Part shown: positions 26,762-36,834 of the stretch, one piece after another
How the letters are laid out: every line of letters begins with the position of its first letter
How positions within the stretch are numbered: the stretch's first letter is position 1
DNA from: Thermodesulfobacteriota bacterium
GTDB taxonomy: Bacteria > Desulfobacterota > Binatia > Bin18
Assembly: GCA_964291405.2 (NCBI GenBank)
Contig: OZ219926.1
Location: 3,520,001-3,584,000 of the forward strand
DNA: 64,000 nucleotides
Reading direction: 5' to 3'
The notes under the pieces: model-generated
The model's input: only the letters and a program-made list of their open reading frames with translations
What the model was told of the DNA's origin: nothing
Database searches by the model: none
Position numbers and translations under genes: made by a program

Positions 26762-27265
26762 ATGACCATGAAAACAGAAGAACTCCGAGCCCTCCAGGCA
26801 CCGCTCAAGGATGTCTATAAAGACGCACCCGAAAAGGCGGTGGTGACGCTGAATGCAGAAGGCCGGATTGGCGAGGGCATTACCTGCCGCGTTGAAACGG
26901 GCAAGGCATTGGTCGAAGCCGGGCTGCACCCGGCGACTGGTGGGGACGGGCTGGCGGCCTGCTCCGGTGACATGTTGCTGGAGGCGCTCGTGGCGTGTGC
27001 CGGCGTGACTCTGCAAGCCGTGTCTACGGCGATTGGGGTGGAACTCCGAGATGGCAAGGTAATCGCAGAAGGCGACCTGGATTTCAGGGGGACCCTCGGG
27101 GTTTCAAAAGAAGCCCCGGTCGGCTTTCGCGACATCCGCCTCCGGTTTGATCTGGACACGGATGCCGATGCGGAGCAGTTGGCAACCCTGATTCGTCTGA
27201 CTGAACGCTACTGTGTCGTCTTCCAGACCATCCAGAATAAACCGGACTCTCAACGTCTCGTATAG
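26762..27265 (+). CDS. OsmC family protein
   Basis: LQAPLK..Y...PE.A, AGLHPATGG...CSGDMLLEALVACAGVT, TERYCVVFQT. Confidence 0.9.
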   Translation: MTMKTEELRALQAPLKDVYKDAPEKAVVTLNAEGRIGEGITCRVETGKALVEAGLHPATGGDGLAACSGDMLLEALVACAGVTLQAVSTAIGVELRDGKVIAEGDLDFRGTLGVSKEAPVGFRDIRLRFDLDTDADAEQLATLIRLTERYCVVFQTIQNKPDSQRLV

Positions 27266-27271
27266 CGTTGT

Positions 27272-27895
27272 ATGAGGGGAGCAGACGGCCAGCCTGCTCA
27301 CGGTATGGATACCGTCCGCTATCATATGGCTCTCCTCACGCTGGTGACCTTTATTCCAGGTATCCTGTTCTGGCCGTTTGCTCACGGTCTGGTTCATAGC
27401 TGGCGACAACTTGGACTCGTGATCTCGTACTCCGCGCTGGGGGCGATCCTTATTGCCATCGGCGCTGGCGCCTTTTTGTTGCATCAGCCGCTTCTGGCCG
27501 TAGAGTTCGGTCCTCCCGGATGGTTAGGTTTGCCTGCCCTGCTGTGCTTTGGGGCAGCCCTGGTGGTCGAGGTGCAGTGTCGAAAACATCTGACTCTGCG
27601 TACTCTGGTCGGCATTCCCGAGCTGTCACCCACGCCGACCGGTCAGCCTTTATTGGACCAGGGCATCTATGCTCGTCTGCGGCATCCCCGTTATGTCGTC
27701 GTGATGCTGAGTGTCTTCGCAGTTGCGTTTTTTACGAACTATCTGGCTGTGTACCTCCTCTGTCCTTTTGCCTGCATTGTGCTGTACGGCATCACGTTGA
27801 TGGAAGAACGCGAGCTGGTCGAACGCTTTGGGGAGGCATACGAGCAGTATCAACGCCGGGTGCCGCGTTTTGTTCCCAGGATTTCCAAGGGGTAA
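27272..27895 (+). CDS. Isoprenylcysteine carboxylmethyltransferase/PEMT family membrane protein
   Basis: GIYARLRHPRY...EERELVERFGEAYEQYQRRVPRFVP. Confidence 0.85.
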   Translation: MRGADGQPAHGMDTVRYHMALLTLVTFIPGILFWPFAHGLVHSWRQLGLVISYSALGAILIAIGAGAFLLHQPLLAVEFGPPGWLGLPALLCFGAALVVEVQCRKHLTLRTLVGIPELSPTPTGQPLLDQGIYARLRHPRYVVVMLSVFAVAFFTNYLAVYLLCPFACIVLYGITLMEERELVERFGEAYEQYQRRVPRFVPRISKG

Positions 27896-27905
27896 AGGGA
27901 GGAGT

Positions 27906-28787
27906 ATGGAAAGGTCGGTTCAATTCTACAGTGAAAGTGTCCCCATGGCGGGCGTCCTTTTTCTGCCTGAGGACAGCTCTTCCGATAGGCCAAGACCCGG
28001 CATTGTCATATGCCACGGCTTTACCGCGGTGAAAGAAGTCATGTTGCCCGATATTGCCCGGCGCGTGGCCCAGGCTGGGTATGTCGTCTTGACGTTTGAC
28101 TACCGCTTCCTGGGTGCGAGTGGTGGAGAACCTCGTCGCCAGATCATCCCCATGCGGCAGATCGAAGATATCCAAAATGCGGTCACGTTCATGCAGCAAC
28201 AGCCCGAGGTCGCTCCAGACCGGATTGGACTGCTCGGCGTCAGTCTCGGTGGGGCCAACGTCAGTTATGCTGCCGGGGTAGAGGAGCGGGTCAAAGCCAC
28301 GGTGAGCGTCTGCGGCATCGGCGACTGTGGGCGTTGGACGCGTGACGCCTGTCATTTCTGGGAATGGCGGGCATTACTCCAACGCCTGGCAGACAACCGA
28401 CGCGAGCGCGTCCTGACCGGGCAGGAGCAGTATGTGCAAGCCAGTGAGATTGTGCCTGAGCCGGAGAGTACGGCCGCCCTGTTTGCACAGATTCTCGACC
28501 AGTATCCGCAGTGGAGCCGGGAGATCACGCTGACCTCGGGCGAAGCGTTGATTGCGTATCGCCCCGAGTCCGTCGTGCATCAGATATCACCCCGCGCGAT
28601 ACTCTGGCTGCACGGCGACGCAGATGATCGCGTATCCATGGAAGAGTCACAGTCCATGTATGAAAAGGCCGGGGAGCCCAAGAAGATCGTGATTCTGCCC
28701 GGTCTTGGTCATAGTGACATTCTCTCTGGTCCTGGGCTTGACCAGAGTCTGCCGCTCATCAAAGAATGGTTTGAAACACATCTCTAA
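27906..28787 (+). CDS. Alpha/beta hydrolase
   Basis: CHGF, FDYRFLGASGG, GVSLGG nucleophile, HGDADDRV, GH. Confidence 0.9.
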   Translation: MERSVQFYSESVPMAGVLFLPEDSSSDRPRPGIVICHGFTAVKEVMLPDIARRVAQAGYVVLTFDYRFLGASGGEPRRQIIPMRQIEDIQNAVTFMQQQPEVAPDRIGLLGVSLGGANVSYAAGVEERVKATVSVCGIGDCGRWTRDACHFWEWRALLQRLADNRRERVLTGQEQYVQASEIVPEPESTAALFAQILDQYPQWSREITLTSGEALIAYRPESVVHQISPRAILWLHGDADDRVSMEESQSMYEKAGEPKKIVILPGLGHSDILSGPGLDQSLPLIKEWFETHL

Positions 28788-28799
28788 CAAGGAAACTGT

Positions 28800-29285
28800 A
28801 TGCGCCCAGCCAGACGAGGTCTCGTACTCTCTCTCATGCTCGGCTTTTGCCTAGTGTGCTCAGTGCAGGTGTCGTCTCAGGAGTGGGGCAAGGTTTTTAA
28901 TCCGTATACGGGTCAGTGGGAAGACCTGAACCCTCCAGCTCCTGCCCCATCAACGCCTCAGTCTGAGACGGCTCCCGTGGAAGTACTGAAGCGCTCCCCC
29001 ACCCCTGCGGGAGTACCAGCGGAAGTCCTGCCGCCGGAACCGGACTATACGACCGAGGAAGCGGCCCTGCAAATACTGCAACACGAAACCGCTGAGGCCA
29101 CCAAGTGGGTGTATGAACGACCGGACTGTCCGAGCATGCATTACCACAAGCCCCTTCAAGGAAAAGATGTGTGCTCAAATCCCTTCGGAGACGATGTTGC
29201 GGTCAGTTGCCCCGCTGGAGCGAAACTTATGACCGACTATCATGCAGCTGGCAGCGACGCCTGTCGCAGTGAGCGGTCTTTTTGA
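28800..29285 (+). CDS. Secreted hypothetical protein, Pro-rich linker and Cys-rich C-terminus
   Basis: Signal peptide, FNPYTGQW motif and four C-terminal Cys. RBS AAGGA present. Confidence 0.65.
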   Translation: MRPARRGLVLSLMLGFCLVCSVQVSSQEWGKVFNPYTGQWEDLNPPAPAPSTPQSETAPVEVLKRSPTPAGVPAEVLPPEPDYTTEEAALQILQHETAEATKWVYERPDCPSMHYHKPLQGKDVCSNPFGDDVAVSCPAGAKLMTDYHAAGSDACRSERSF

Positions 29286-29296
29286 GGCGCGGTCCG

Positions 29297-30736
29297 CTAC
29301 CCCTGCTGCGCACTGGTAGCGACGGCAGTTTGGAGGGCTTGTAAGGCGCTGTGAGAGAAGAGCTTGCCACCGACAACCACTGCCGCAATTTTCTGGGTGT
29401 TGGTGATATCCTCCAAGGGATTCGCTTCGAGAAGGACGAGGTCGGCAATCTTGCCCACCTCGATGGTGCCAAGCAGGTCTTGTTGGTCAAGGTACAGGGC
29501 AGGGTTGCGGGTCGCGGTCTGTAAGGCCTCCATGGGTGTCAGGCCTGCCTCGACCAGTAGGGCTAATTCTTCGTGTAACGAGGAGCCGGGGAAGACATAC
29601 GGGGCTGGCGTATCGGTTCCGGCCAAGAAGGGTACGCCTGCTCTGTGCGCCGTTTTGATCAAATCAAACAGCGTCTGGAAATACTGCTTGCCCGCTGCAA
29701 TATCCTCGGCAGAGCGGCCTGCGAGCAAGCGTTCTTCCTTTGTCACGCGCCAAGCCGCAACCCACGAGGCGGGAATATAGTCCAGGCGCGGGTCAGCCGG
29801 AAATGTGTTTTCGTCAATATGCGATAAGCCCCGCATCCACACAATCGTTGGGCACTGCCACATGCTCTTCTGCGCGAGGCGCGCAAACAGCGCTTCTTCT
29901 TTCTCTTTACTCTGGGTACCGAGAAGGCGTTGAACGGGTTCTTTTTTTTGGAACAGATCAAAAATCGATACTGTCTGGAGCAGTTCTTCCTCTACTGTTG
30001 AGCTGCTTTTGAGCCAGCCAATGAAGTGTTCCATACTGTGTTGCCCGGCCTCGGACGCCTCCGTGGCGGTTATCTGATCCGGCAGATGACCGGCAACTCG
30101 CAAGCCGTGCTGTTGGGCCTCGTGTATGACAGCGAAATAGGCATCACGCGAAATGAGCGACTGGACTTTGATAAAGTCTGCCCCTTGCTGCTTGAGCTCT
30201 AAGACGGTCTGGCGCCCTTCGGTTGCAGTGTGCACACTGACCGATTGGGGGAAGGGCGGATTGGGACCATCCAGCATGGGACCGGAGGCGATAATGCGGG
30301 GACCGACCCGCTTGCCTGCCGTGATCTCCTCACGCCACTGAGTGAGAGACGCCAAGTCGCCGCCCATGTCACGAATGCCCGTGACTCCGTGGGCGATGAG
30401 CAGCGGCAGAAAAATATCCCTGCTTCTCGGATACGTCTCAATGTCGGCGATATGGGTATGCATGTCCCACAGGCCGGGTATGAGAAAATGATCCGTGGCA
30501 TCGAAAACGTGGGCACCTGAGGGGATAGCGATCGTCCCGGTTTCCCCCAGGGCGCTAATACGATCCTGAGTGAGCACGACGGTCATGTCGGGCTGGGCCG
30601 GCGTCCCAGTCGCATCTATCACCGTTACGTTGGTAAAGACGACCGGAGCGAGCGGGGAAGGATCGTCCTGCTGCGCTTGAAGAGCGTGTGTACTCACCAC
30701 CAACAGGAATGGGATGAGTGCAAGCGAGTGTTTCAT
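29297..30736 (-). CDS. Secreted amidohydrolase (imidazolonepropionase-like)
   Basis: LIPGLWDMHTH, GVTGIRDMG, GADFIK, LAGTD, GTIEVGKIADLVLL.ANPL. Confidence 0.9.
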   Translation of the reverse strand: MKHSLALIPFLLVVSTHALQAQQDDPSPLAPVVFTNVTVIDATGTPAQPDMTVVLTQDRISALGETGTIAIPSGAHVFDATDHFLIPGLWDMHTHIADIETYPRSRDIFLPLLIAHGVTGIRDMGGDLASLTQWREEITAGKRVGPRIIASGPMLDGPNPPFPQSVSVHTATEGRQTVLELKQQGADFIKVQSLISRDAYFAVIHEAQQHGLRVAGHLPDQITATEASEAGQHSMEHFIGWLKSSSTVEEELLQTVSIFDLFQKKEPVQRLLGTQSKEKEEALFARLAQKSMWQCPTIVWMRGLSHIDENTFPADPRLDYIPASWVAAWRVTKEERLLAGRSAEDIAAGKQYFQTLFDLIKTAHRAGVPFLAGTDTPAPYVFPGSSLHEELALLVEAGLTPMEALQTATRNPALYLDQQDLLGTIEVGKIADLVLLEANPLEDITNTQKIAAVVVGGKLFSHSALQALQTAVATSAQQG

Positions 30737-30838
30737 TGTATCCTCCTCCAGACTCTTTCATCTGTGGTGACTCTTTTCTCTTTACCCCTACACTTCTTTC
30801 CTTCTATACTCCAGCGAAAACACCACAAGGAGGACGTA

Positions 30839-31255
30839 ATGGCCCAGACCTTTGAAAAGCAGAGTGTGACAGACGAACTCGCGCAACAGATGGTAGCCGC
30901 GGCTGTTGCCAAAGCAAAGGAACTTGGGGTGCCCCAAGTCGTAGCCGTACTGGACGAGAGTGGGCTGCTCAAGGCGTTTTGCCGGATGGATGGAACACCG
31001 TTAGTCAGTATCGAGGTGTCTCAGAACAAAGCCTACACTGCCCTTTTTGGGATGCCGTCGCACGAGTTTTTTAACTTTATTAAGGATGATCCGGCGCTCT
31101 TGGCAGGGGTGCCGCATATTCCGCGCATCGTGACCTTTGGCGGCGGTTTGCCGATCCGAATTGGGGATAGAGTGGTCGGAGCAATCGGTGTCAGTGGCGG
31201 TTCGGTTGAACAAGATATCGAATGCGCCCAAGCTGGACTCGACGTGCTTGCGTAG
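30839..31255 (+). CDS. GlcG/HbpS heme-binding protein
   Basis: VAVLDESG.L.AF.RMDG, NKAYTA, GGGLPI, GAIGVSGG...QD. Confidence 0.92.
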   Translation: MAQTFEKQSVTDELAQQMVAAAVAKAKELGVPQVVAVLDESGLLKAFCRMDGTPLVSIEVSQNKAYTALFGMPSHEFFNFIKDDPALLAGVPHIPRIVTFGGGLPIRIGDRVVGAIGVSGGSVEQDIECAQAGLDVLA

Positions 31256-31408
31256 CAGTCATATGCGGTAACTCTTGCAATTGCGACGTATTCCGTTGCA
31301 GGATGGAGAGACCCGTCAACGTGTTGCACCAAAGGCCTGAACCGGGTGGCTACGGGGAGGAATGAAATGTAACCGCAACCGGCTTCTGTGAGCCAAAGGA
31401 GGGATCAT

Positions 31409-33160
31409 ATGGCAGAGTACGATCTGCTTATCAAGAACGGCACGATTATCGACGGATTGCAGGTGCCCCGCTATCGGGGCGATATTGCAATTCGTGACGG
31501 TAGGATCGTTGCCATGGGGAATATCCAGGACACGGCAACGCGGGTACTTGATGCGACCGGCATGATCGTCGCGCCAGGGTTTATGGACATCCATACCCAT
31601 TACGACGCGGCGCTCTCCGGCGGCACGGCCTGGGACCCGTATGCCACGCTATCCGGCTGGCACGGCGTAACCACGGTCGCGATCGGAAACTGTGGCTTTG
31701 GTTTTGCGCCGGTGCGTCCGGAAGATCGCGACCGGGCGATGCGTCGTATGGAGCGCACCGAGTCCATTCCGTTGTCCTGTATGCAGGCCGGCATGCGCTG
31801 GGACTGGGAGACCTTCCCTGAATATCTGGACAGCCTGGACCGTGGCGGGTTGGGTATCAATGCCGCCTCCCTCGTGCCGTACTCTCCGCTGCGCGCCTGG
31901 GTATTGGGCAACGATGCGGCGCGGGACCCGGACTATAAGACTACCCCGGATCAGATTGCAGAGCTGAAACATCTGTTGCGAGAAGGCTTGCAGGCCGGCG
32001 GCTTCGGCTTTTCCGCCAGCTTTAGCATGGCGAATCGCGACTATGACGGCGGCTATCTCCCGACCCATGTGGCACCGCGTGAAGAGTTTCTCGAAATGGC
32101 GTCCGTCATGCGCGAGTTCAACCGCGGCTCTATCGAGTGGACGATGGGCCATGCCTTACAAGGACTGGGCATGGACTTCTTATTGGAGTTGGCCAAGACG
32201 AGCGGTAGACCGGTGAACTGGAACGCGATTATCCACGATCCGTCCTCACCCAATACCTGGCGCGAGCAATTGGCCTGGACCGAGCGGGCAAACAGGGAAG
32301 CGCCGGTCCTGCCGGTCAACATCTGCATGCCGATTGAGTTTGAGTTTACGCTGGAGACCATGGGCTTGTTTGACCAACTGCCGGCCTGGAACGAGGCCAC
32401 GGTCGGCACCCTGGAAGAGCGACGCATGAAGTTGGCCGACCCAGGTCGGCGGGCGGCCCTCAAAGCCGATATGGAAAAGGCCCCGACCGTTATGCCGGGC
32501 GAGAATCCCGACGGGGAGCAGGGCCAGCTCCGGATGTTCCGCTGGGATGAGACCTTTATCGATGATGTCCACCTGGAAAAGAACGCCCATCTCAAGGGCC
32601 GCACCGTTGCAGAACTGGCCCAAGAGCAGGGCAAACACCCGATCGACGCATTGCTCGACCTGTCGGTGGAAGAAGAACTCAAGACCGAGTTTGCCATGCA
32701 GGGCTTCATCAATAACGATGAAGAAGCCCTGAGCACCATTCTCAAACACCCGCTCTGCCTGGTCGGAGCCTCGGATGGTGGCGCGCATACCAAATTCCTG
32801 ACCCTGGGCCGCTACCCGACCCACTTCCTGACCCACTGGGTGCGCGACAAGCAGATCATGACCCTGGAAGAGGCGCACTGGCGGCTGTCGACCATGGTTG
32901 GCTGGGCGATTGGCATCCGGGACCGAGGTTGGCTGCGCGAGGGTATGCCTGCGGACATCGTGGTGTACGACCTGGAAAAGCTGGCCGTGCGACCGATGGA
33001 GACGATCACCGACCTGCCCGACGGCGACTGGCGGCGAGTTCAAAAGGCCGACGGCTATCGGTATTCGATTATCAATGGGCAGATTACGTTTGAAGACGGC
33101 AAGTGCAGCGGGGCCCTGCCGGGTAAGATGCTGCGCAGTTATGATATGGCCGCCGGCTAA
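31409..33160 (+). CDS. N-acyl-D-amino-acid deacylase family amidohydrolase
   Basis: YDLLIKNGTIIDG, VAPGFMDIHTHYDA, HGVTTV.IGNCG, SDGGAH. Confidence 0.9.
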   Translation: MAEYDLLIKNGTIIDGLQVPRYRGDIAIRDGRIVAMGNIQDTATRVLDATGMIVAPGFMDIHTHYDAALSGGTAWDPYATLSGWHGVTTVAIGNCGFGFAPVRPEDRDRAMRRMERTESIPLSCMQAGMRWDWETFPEYLDSLDRGGLGINAASLVPYSPLRAWVLGNDAARDPDYKTTPDQIAELKHLLREGLQAGGFGFSASFSMANRDYDGGYLPTHVAPREEFLEMASVMREFNRGSIEWTMGHALQGLGMDFLLELAKTSGRPVNWNAIIHDPSSPNTWREQLAWTERANREAPVLPVNICMPIEFEFTLETMGLFDQLPAWNEATVGTLEERRMKLADPGRRAALKADMEKAPTVMPGENPDGEQGQLRMFRWDETFIDDVHLEKNAHLKGRTVAELAQEQGKHPIDALLDLSVEEELKTEFAMQGFINNDEEALSTILKHPLCLVGASDGGAHTKFLTLGRYPTHFLTHWVRDKQIMTLEEAHWRLSTMVGWAIGIRDRGWLREGMPADIVVYDLEKLAVRPMETITDLPDGDWRRVQKADGYRYSIINGQITFEDGKCSGALPGKMLRSYDMAAG

Positions 33161-33202
33161 CGCAAAAGGAGTCAGCCACTCACCCTTGGTTTTTACCGAG
33201 GA

Positions 33203-33232
33203 CAAAACGCCGGGTTTCGACCCGGCGTTTTG
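33203..33232 (+). terminator. Rho-independent terminator
   Basis: CAAAACGCCGGGT-TTCG-ACCCGGCGTTTTG. Confidence 0.8.
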
Positions 33233-33282
33233 GTATGTAGCGAGCACTCCGCTGCTTTGTCTCTCAAGGAGGATTGTGGAGC

Positions 33283-33789
33283 ATGACGGATTCGGAACAA
33301 CGAGTTATTGACGCACTTGAAGCCCTGGGACTACCCTTTGAGCGGATAACCATAGATCCGGCTCATGCCGATACGGCCGTGTTCTGCGCTCACTACGGCT
33401 ATCCGCCGGAAACGTCCGGCAACACGATTGTTGTGGCGTCCAAGAAAGAGCCTAAAAAGTTTGTTGCCTGTGTGGTCCTGGCCACAACTCAGCTTGATGT
33501 GAACAAACGGGTGCGCAAGCTTATGGGGGTGTCTAAGGCGTCGTTTGCCTCGGCCGAGGAGATGCACACGCTGACGGGAATGGAAGTCGGTGGCGTGACG
33601 CCGTTTTCACTGCCTACGGCTATGCCCCTATACGTTGATACACGGGTGATGGAGCTGGAAACCGTTATCCTGGGTGGCGGGGGACGCAGTCTCAAGATTG
33701 GGATTTCACCAGAAGTCTTTCACAAGCTGGGGGCTGAGGTTGTCGCAGATTTAGCTATACGGCGACCTGTGATAGAGACGGAAGCATAG
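33283..33789 (+). CDS. YbaK/EbsC (aminoacyl-tRNA deacylase-like) protein
   Basis: IDP.HADTA.FC..YG, ASFAS.EE...LTGME.GGVTPF, GGG.RS.K. Confidence 0.85.
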   Translation: MTDSEQRVIDALEALGLPFERITIDPAHADTAVFCAHYGYPPETSGNTIVVASKKEPKKFVACVVLATTQLDVNKRVRKLMGVSKASFASAEEMHTLTGMEVGGVTPFSLPTAMPLYVDTRVMELETVILGGGGRSLKIGISPEVFHKLGAEVVADLAIRRPVIETEA

Positions 33790-33826
33790 GGCTCCATCCG
33801 TATCGGGGAACAAAAGGAGGAAGGGC

Positions 33827-34165
33827 ATGAGCATTTTTCACATGTATACAGGGGACGACGGCCAATCGCATATTGAGGAGCCGGCGTTGAGTGCGCAACC
33901 GAGCCAGGAAACGCCACAATCGACCCAGGAGATTTTCTTCCGAGAACTCCCGGCCGGAACCGCCATGGATTGGCATAACGCCCCCCGACGACAGTATGTC
34001 ATTGTATTACGGGGCCAGATGGAAATCGGCTTTAAGGACGGGTCGGTCCAGCGCTGTGGACCGGGGGATGCCGTGCTTGCCGCCGACCTGACCGGTGGGG
34101 GGCATACGACCCGTGTGGTCGGAGACGGTCCGGCGATGGTTGGTGTCGTACCCCTGGCCGACTGA
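33827..34165 (+). CDS. Small cupin protein
   Basis: YTGDDGQSH, DWHNAPRRQYVIVL.G, D.TG.GH.T. Confidence 0.85.
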   Translation: MSIFHMYTGDDGQSHIEEPALSAQPSQETPQSTQEIFFRELPAGTAMDWHNAPRRQYVIVLRGQMEIGFKDGSVQRCGPGDAVLAADLTGGGHTTRVVGDGPAMVGVVPLAD

Positions 34166-34225
34166 GCAGAGAGCTGACTCACTTGTCTCTTTGGGGAAAT
34201 AACTCACCCTTACTTTTGGAAAGCA

Positions 34226-35089
34226 ATGGAATCCCACAGCACTCTCCGCATCTTTGACGGTGCGGTAGCTATCATGACCGGCGGGGCCTCGGGTATCGGG
34301 CGCGCGCTGAGTGAAGCGCTGGGCCGACGCGGGGCAAGTGTGGTCTTAGCTGATCGTCAGATCGAGCTGGCCCAAGAGGTCGCGGCTGGCATCCAAGAAA
34401 AGGGCGGCAAGGCGTCCGCGGTTGAACTGGACGTCACGGACTTCCCTGCGGTAGATCAGTTCGTCCGGGCAACGACCCAGGCGCAAGGCCGGCTGGACTA
34501 TATGTTCAACAACGCCGGCATTGCGATTGGGGGAGAGGTCCGGGTGTGTCAGATTGAGGACTGGGACAATGTCTTGAACGTCAATTTACACGGCGTGGTT
34601 AACGGGGTGCAGGCGGCGTACCCGGTTATGCTCAGCCAGGGCTACGGCCATATCGTCAATACCGCTTCCATGGCCGGTCTGCTGCCCATGCCAACGGCCG
34701 TCAGCTATGCAGCAACCAAACATGCGGTTGTCGGCCTGTCAAAATCACTCCGGGTTGAAGCCGCGTCCTACGGGATCCGTGTCAGCGTGCTCTGTCCTGG
34801 GTTTATTCGGACACCTATCCTGTACGGCGGGAAGTACGGCAAGAACTTGCAGTCCGTGCCGCCAGAAGTCCAGGAAAAATTCATACGGAAATACCGGCCC
34901 ATGGACCCGGCTGTGTTTGCTGAAAAAGTGCTAGACACGCTGGCCCGGAACAAACCCCTGATCATTGTTCCGGGCTGGTGGAGGCTCTTTTGGTGGCTAA
35001 GTCGCCTCTCACCAGCGCTGGAGTTTTCTCTCGCCCAACGCAGCTATCGGTCGGCGCGCAAGGTTATGCAGTCTGAGACAGACGCGTAG
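34226..35089 (+). CDS. Short-chain dehydrogenase/reductase
   Basis: TGGASGIG, FNNAG, YAATK. Confidence 0.93.
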   Translation: MESHSTLRIFDGAVAIMTGGASGIGRALSEALGRRGASVVLADRQIELAQEVAAGIQEKGGKASAVELDVTDFPAVDQFVRATTQAQGRLDYMFNNAGIAIGGEVRVCQIEDWDNVLNVNLHGVVNGVQAAYPVMLSQGYGHIVNTASMAGLLPMPTAVSYAATKHAVVGLSKSLRVEAASYGIRVSVLCPGFIRTPILYGGKYGKNLQSVPPEVQEKFIRKYRPMDPAVFAEKVLDTLARNKPLIIVPGWWRLFWWLSRLSPALEFSLAQRSYRSARKVMQSETDA

Positions 35090-35108
35090 CGTGGGCGATA
35101 GGCCCAGG

Positions 35109-35687
35109 TCAGGCGACCTGCTCAGCCCCGTTGGTATGTGTCTCCGACAGCGGACACACGCCGCCTTTTTCTAAGCCGAGCGCCCGGATAAAACGCCCAT
35201 AGCCGACAAAAGCCGTAATCCGAAACCCGAGGTCTATGATCTCCGGCTCGGTGAAGTACTGGCGCAGTTCGTCAAACAGTTCTGGTGAGGCTTGGGTATG
35301 ATCTCCGGCTAACACGTCGGCATAGCGGACGGCAGCCCTTTCACGCGGGGTGAGAATCTCGCTGTCGGCATAGATTGACAGTTCGCCGATTTGTTCTTCC
35401 GTCAGACCTTGTTGCTTTGCCAAAGCAACGCGACCGTTAATTCAAAGGGCACAGTCGTTGCGTTCCGCGACCTTCAGCCGCACCATCTCGGTCAGCTTCA
35501 TATCGATGCTGCCACGGGTCTCAAAGATGAGCGGGAAGTAATAGTTGACGAAAGACTTGAATACCTCAGGGGCATGGGCGAAGGCCTGCAAGAACGCCGA
35601 GCCGCCATACTCCTTGTCATAGGTCTGCATGATCTGCTGAACCTCAGGATCGATCTGCTCAAATGGAACCGGACTGACATGCGCCAT
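35109..35687 (-). CDS. AhpD/carboxymuconolactone decarboxylase family selenoprotein (in-frame UGA = Sec)
   Basis: Track ORFs 35442..35687 and 35109..35423 are in the same frame. The junction reads ...VRLKVAERNDCAL(TGA)INGRVALAKQQG, so the UGA sits at the second C of the AhpD CxxC. A hairpin follows 12 nt downstream. Confidence 0.85.
35411..35429 (-). promoter_or_regulatory. Candidate bacterial SECIS hairpin
   Basis: mRNA GUUGCUUU-GGC-AAAGCAAC, a perfect stem with G in the loop, starting 12 nt 3' of the UGA at 35444-35442. Confidence 0.7.
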
Positions 35688-35844
35688 AACACTCCCTCCT
35701 TACTCAGCTTGTGTGTACTCCTTCTAGGGGTGAGGAGGCAAGGGGAGATCGTGCTCTATCCCTCTCCTTTCAGAAGGTAGCTTACCTGCTATCCTTATCC
35801 CTCTGTGCGTACACTACAGACGGCTGTTATGTGAAGGAGGAAAA

Positions 35845-36459
35845 ATGATTACGCTCTACCATGTCCCCGGCGCCCGTTCGACGCGTTCTCTCTGGCTGTT
35901 GCATGAACTGGGCGTTGAGTTTGAACTCGTGGAGATGGCCTTTGATCTCAAGGTGCTGCGCGCGCCCGAGTATCTCGCTATCCATCCGCTCGGCCGAGTT
36001 CCCTGCCTGGTTGACGATGGGCAGACGATTTTCGAGTCGGGTGCGATCGCGCAGTATTTATGCGAAAAATACGACGATGGCAGGCTTGGCCGCGGTCCCA
36101 GTCATCCGGAGCGGTATGAATGGTTGCAGTGGATACACTACGCCGAAACCGTCGCCGTTCATGGTGCCAGCCTGGTCCAGCAGTCGGTCTTTATTCCCGA
36201 AGAACAACGTTCGCCCATTATTCAGAAATTGGAATCGCGTCGATTGGAAAAGGCGGTTGAGGTGTTGGACAACCACCTCAAAGATCGGGACTACTTGCTC
36301 GCCAGTGGATTTTCCGCCGCCGATGTGAACGTCGGCTATAGTATCTACCTGGGAGATCAGTTCCTCAGCTTTGACGCCTTCCCCACGGCGATGCAGTATT
36401 ACGACCGGCTGAGAGAACGCCCAGCCTTTCAGGCCTCGGTTCCAAAAAAGGAAGGATAA
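35845..36459 (+). CDS. Glutathione S-transferase family
   Basis: LYHVPGARS.R, HPLGRVP, FESGAI, FSAADV. Confidence 0.93.
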   Translation: MITLYHVPGARSTRSLWLLHELGVEFELVEMAFDLKVLRAPEYLAIHPLGRVPCLVDDGQTIFESGAIAQYLCEKYDDGRLGRGPSHPERYEWLQWIHYAETVAVHGASLVQQSVFIPEEQRSPIIQKLESRRLEKAVEVLDNHLKDRDYLLASGFSAADVNVGYSIYLGDQFLSFDAFPTAMQYYDRLRERPAFQASVPKKEG

Positions 36460-36502
36460 AGCAGGGGCGGGCCAGAGCGACCCGACCCTGCGTGTTGGTT
36501 TA

Positions 36503-36787
36503 CTACGCGCCCGGAATAATAGACATGACGAAATTGGCAGTGTTCGCACGCGTCTCGCGGGCGGCGGTATACTCCGGAGAATTGAAGAAGTCCTTCGCGA
36601 CTTCGACCGACTCAAACTCGATAATGAGGGCGAGTGGGGCAGCCCATTGGCCCTCGACTGTGTCCGGTGCTCCCCGACCGAGAATCTTACCCTTGTATTT
36701 CTGCACGGCAGGGAGAGCAAGTTTTTGGTATTCGGGAAACTTCTCGGGATTCGTAATCTCTGCCTGAACGATCATGTATGCTGACAT
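36503..36787 (-). CDS. DUF1330 family protein
   Basis: MSAYMIV...Y......YKG..L.RG....EG.W.....IIEF.S...A..F.NSPEY..AR..R. Confidence 0.88.
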   Translation of the reverse strand: MSAYMIVQAEITNPEKFPEYQKLALPAVQKYKGKILGRGAPDTVEGQWAAPLALIIEFESVEVAKDFFNSPEYTAARETRANTANFVMSIIPGA

Positions 36788-36834
36788 GTGATATCTCCTG
36801 TATTCCGAATTGCTTCACCCTGTATGTCTCAATT

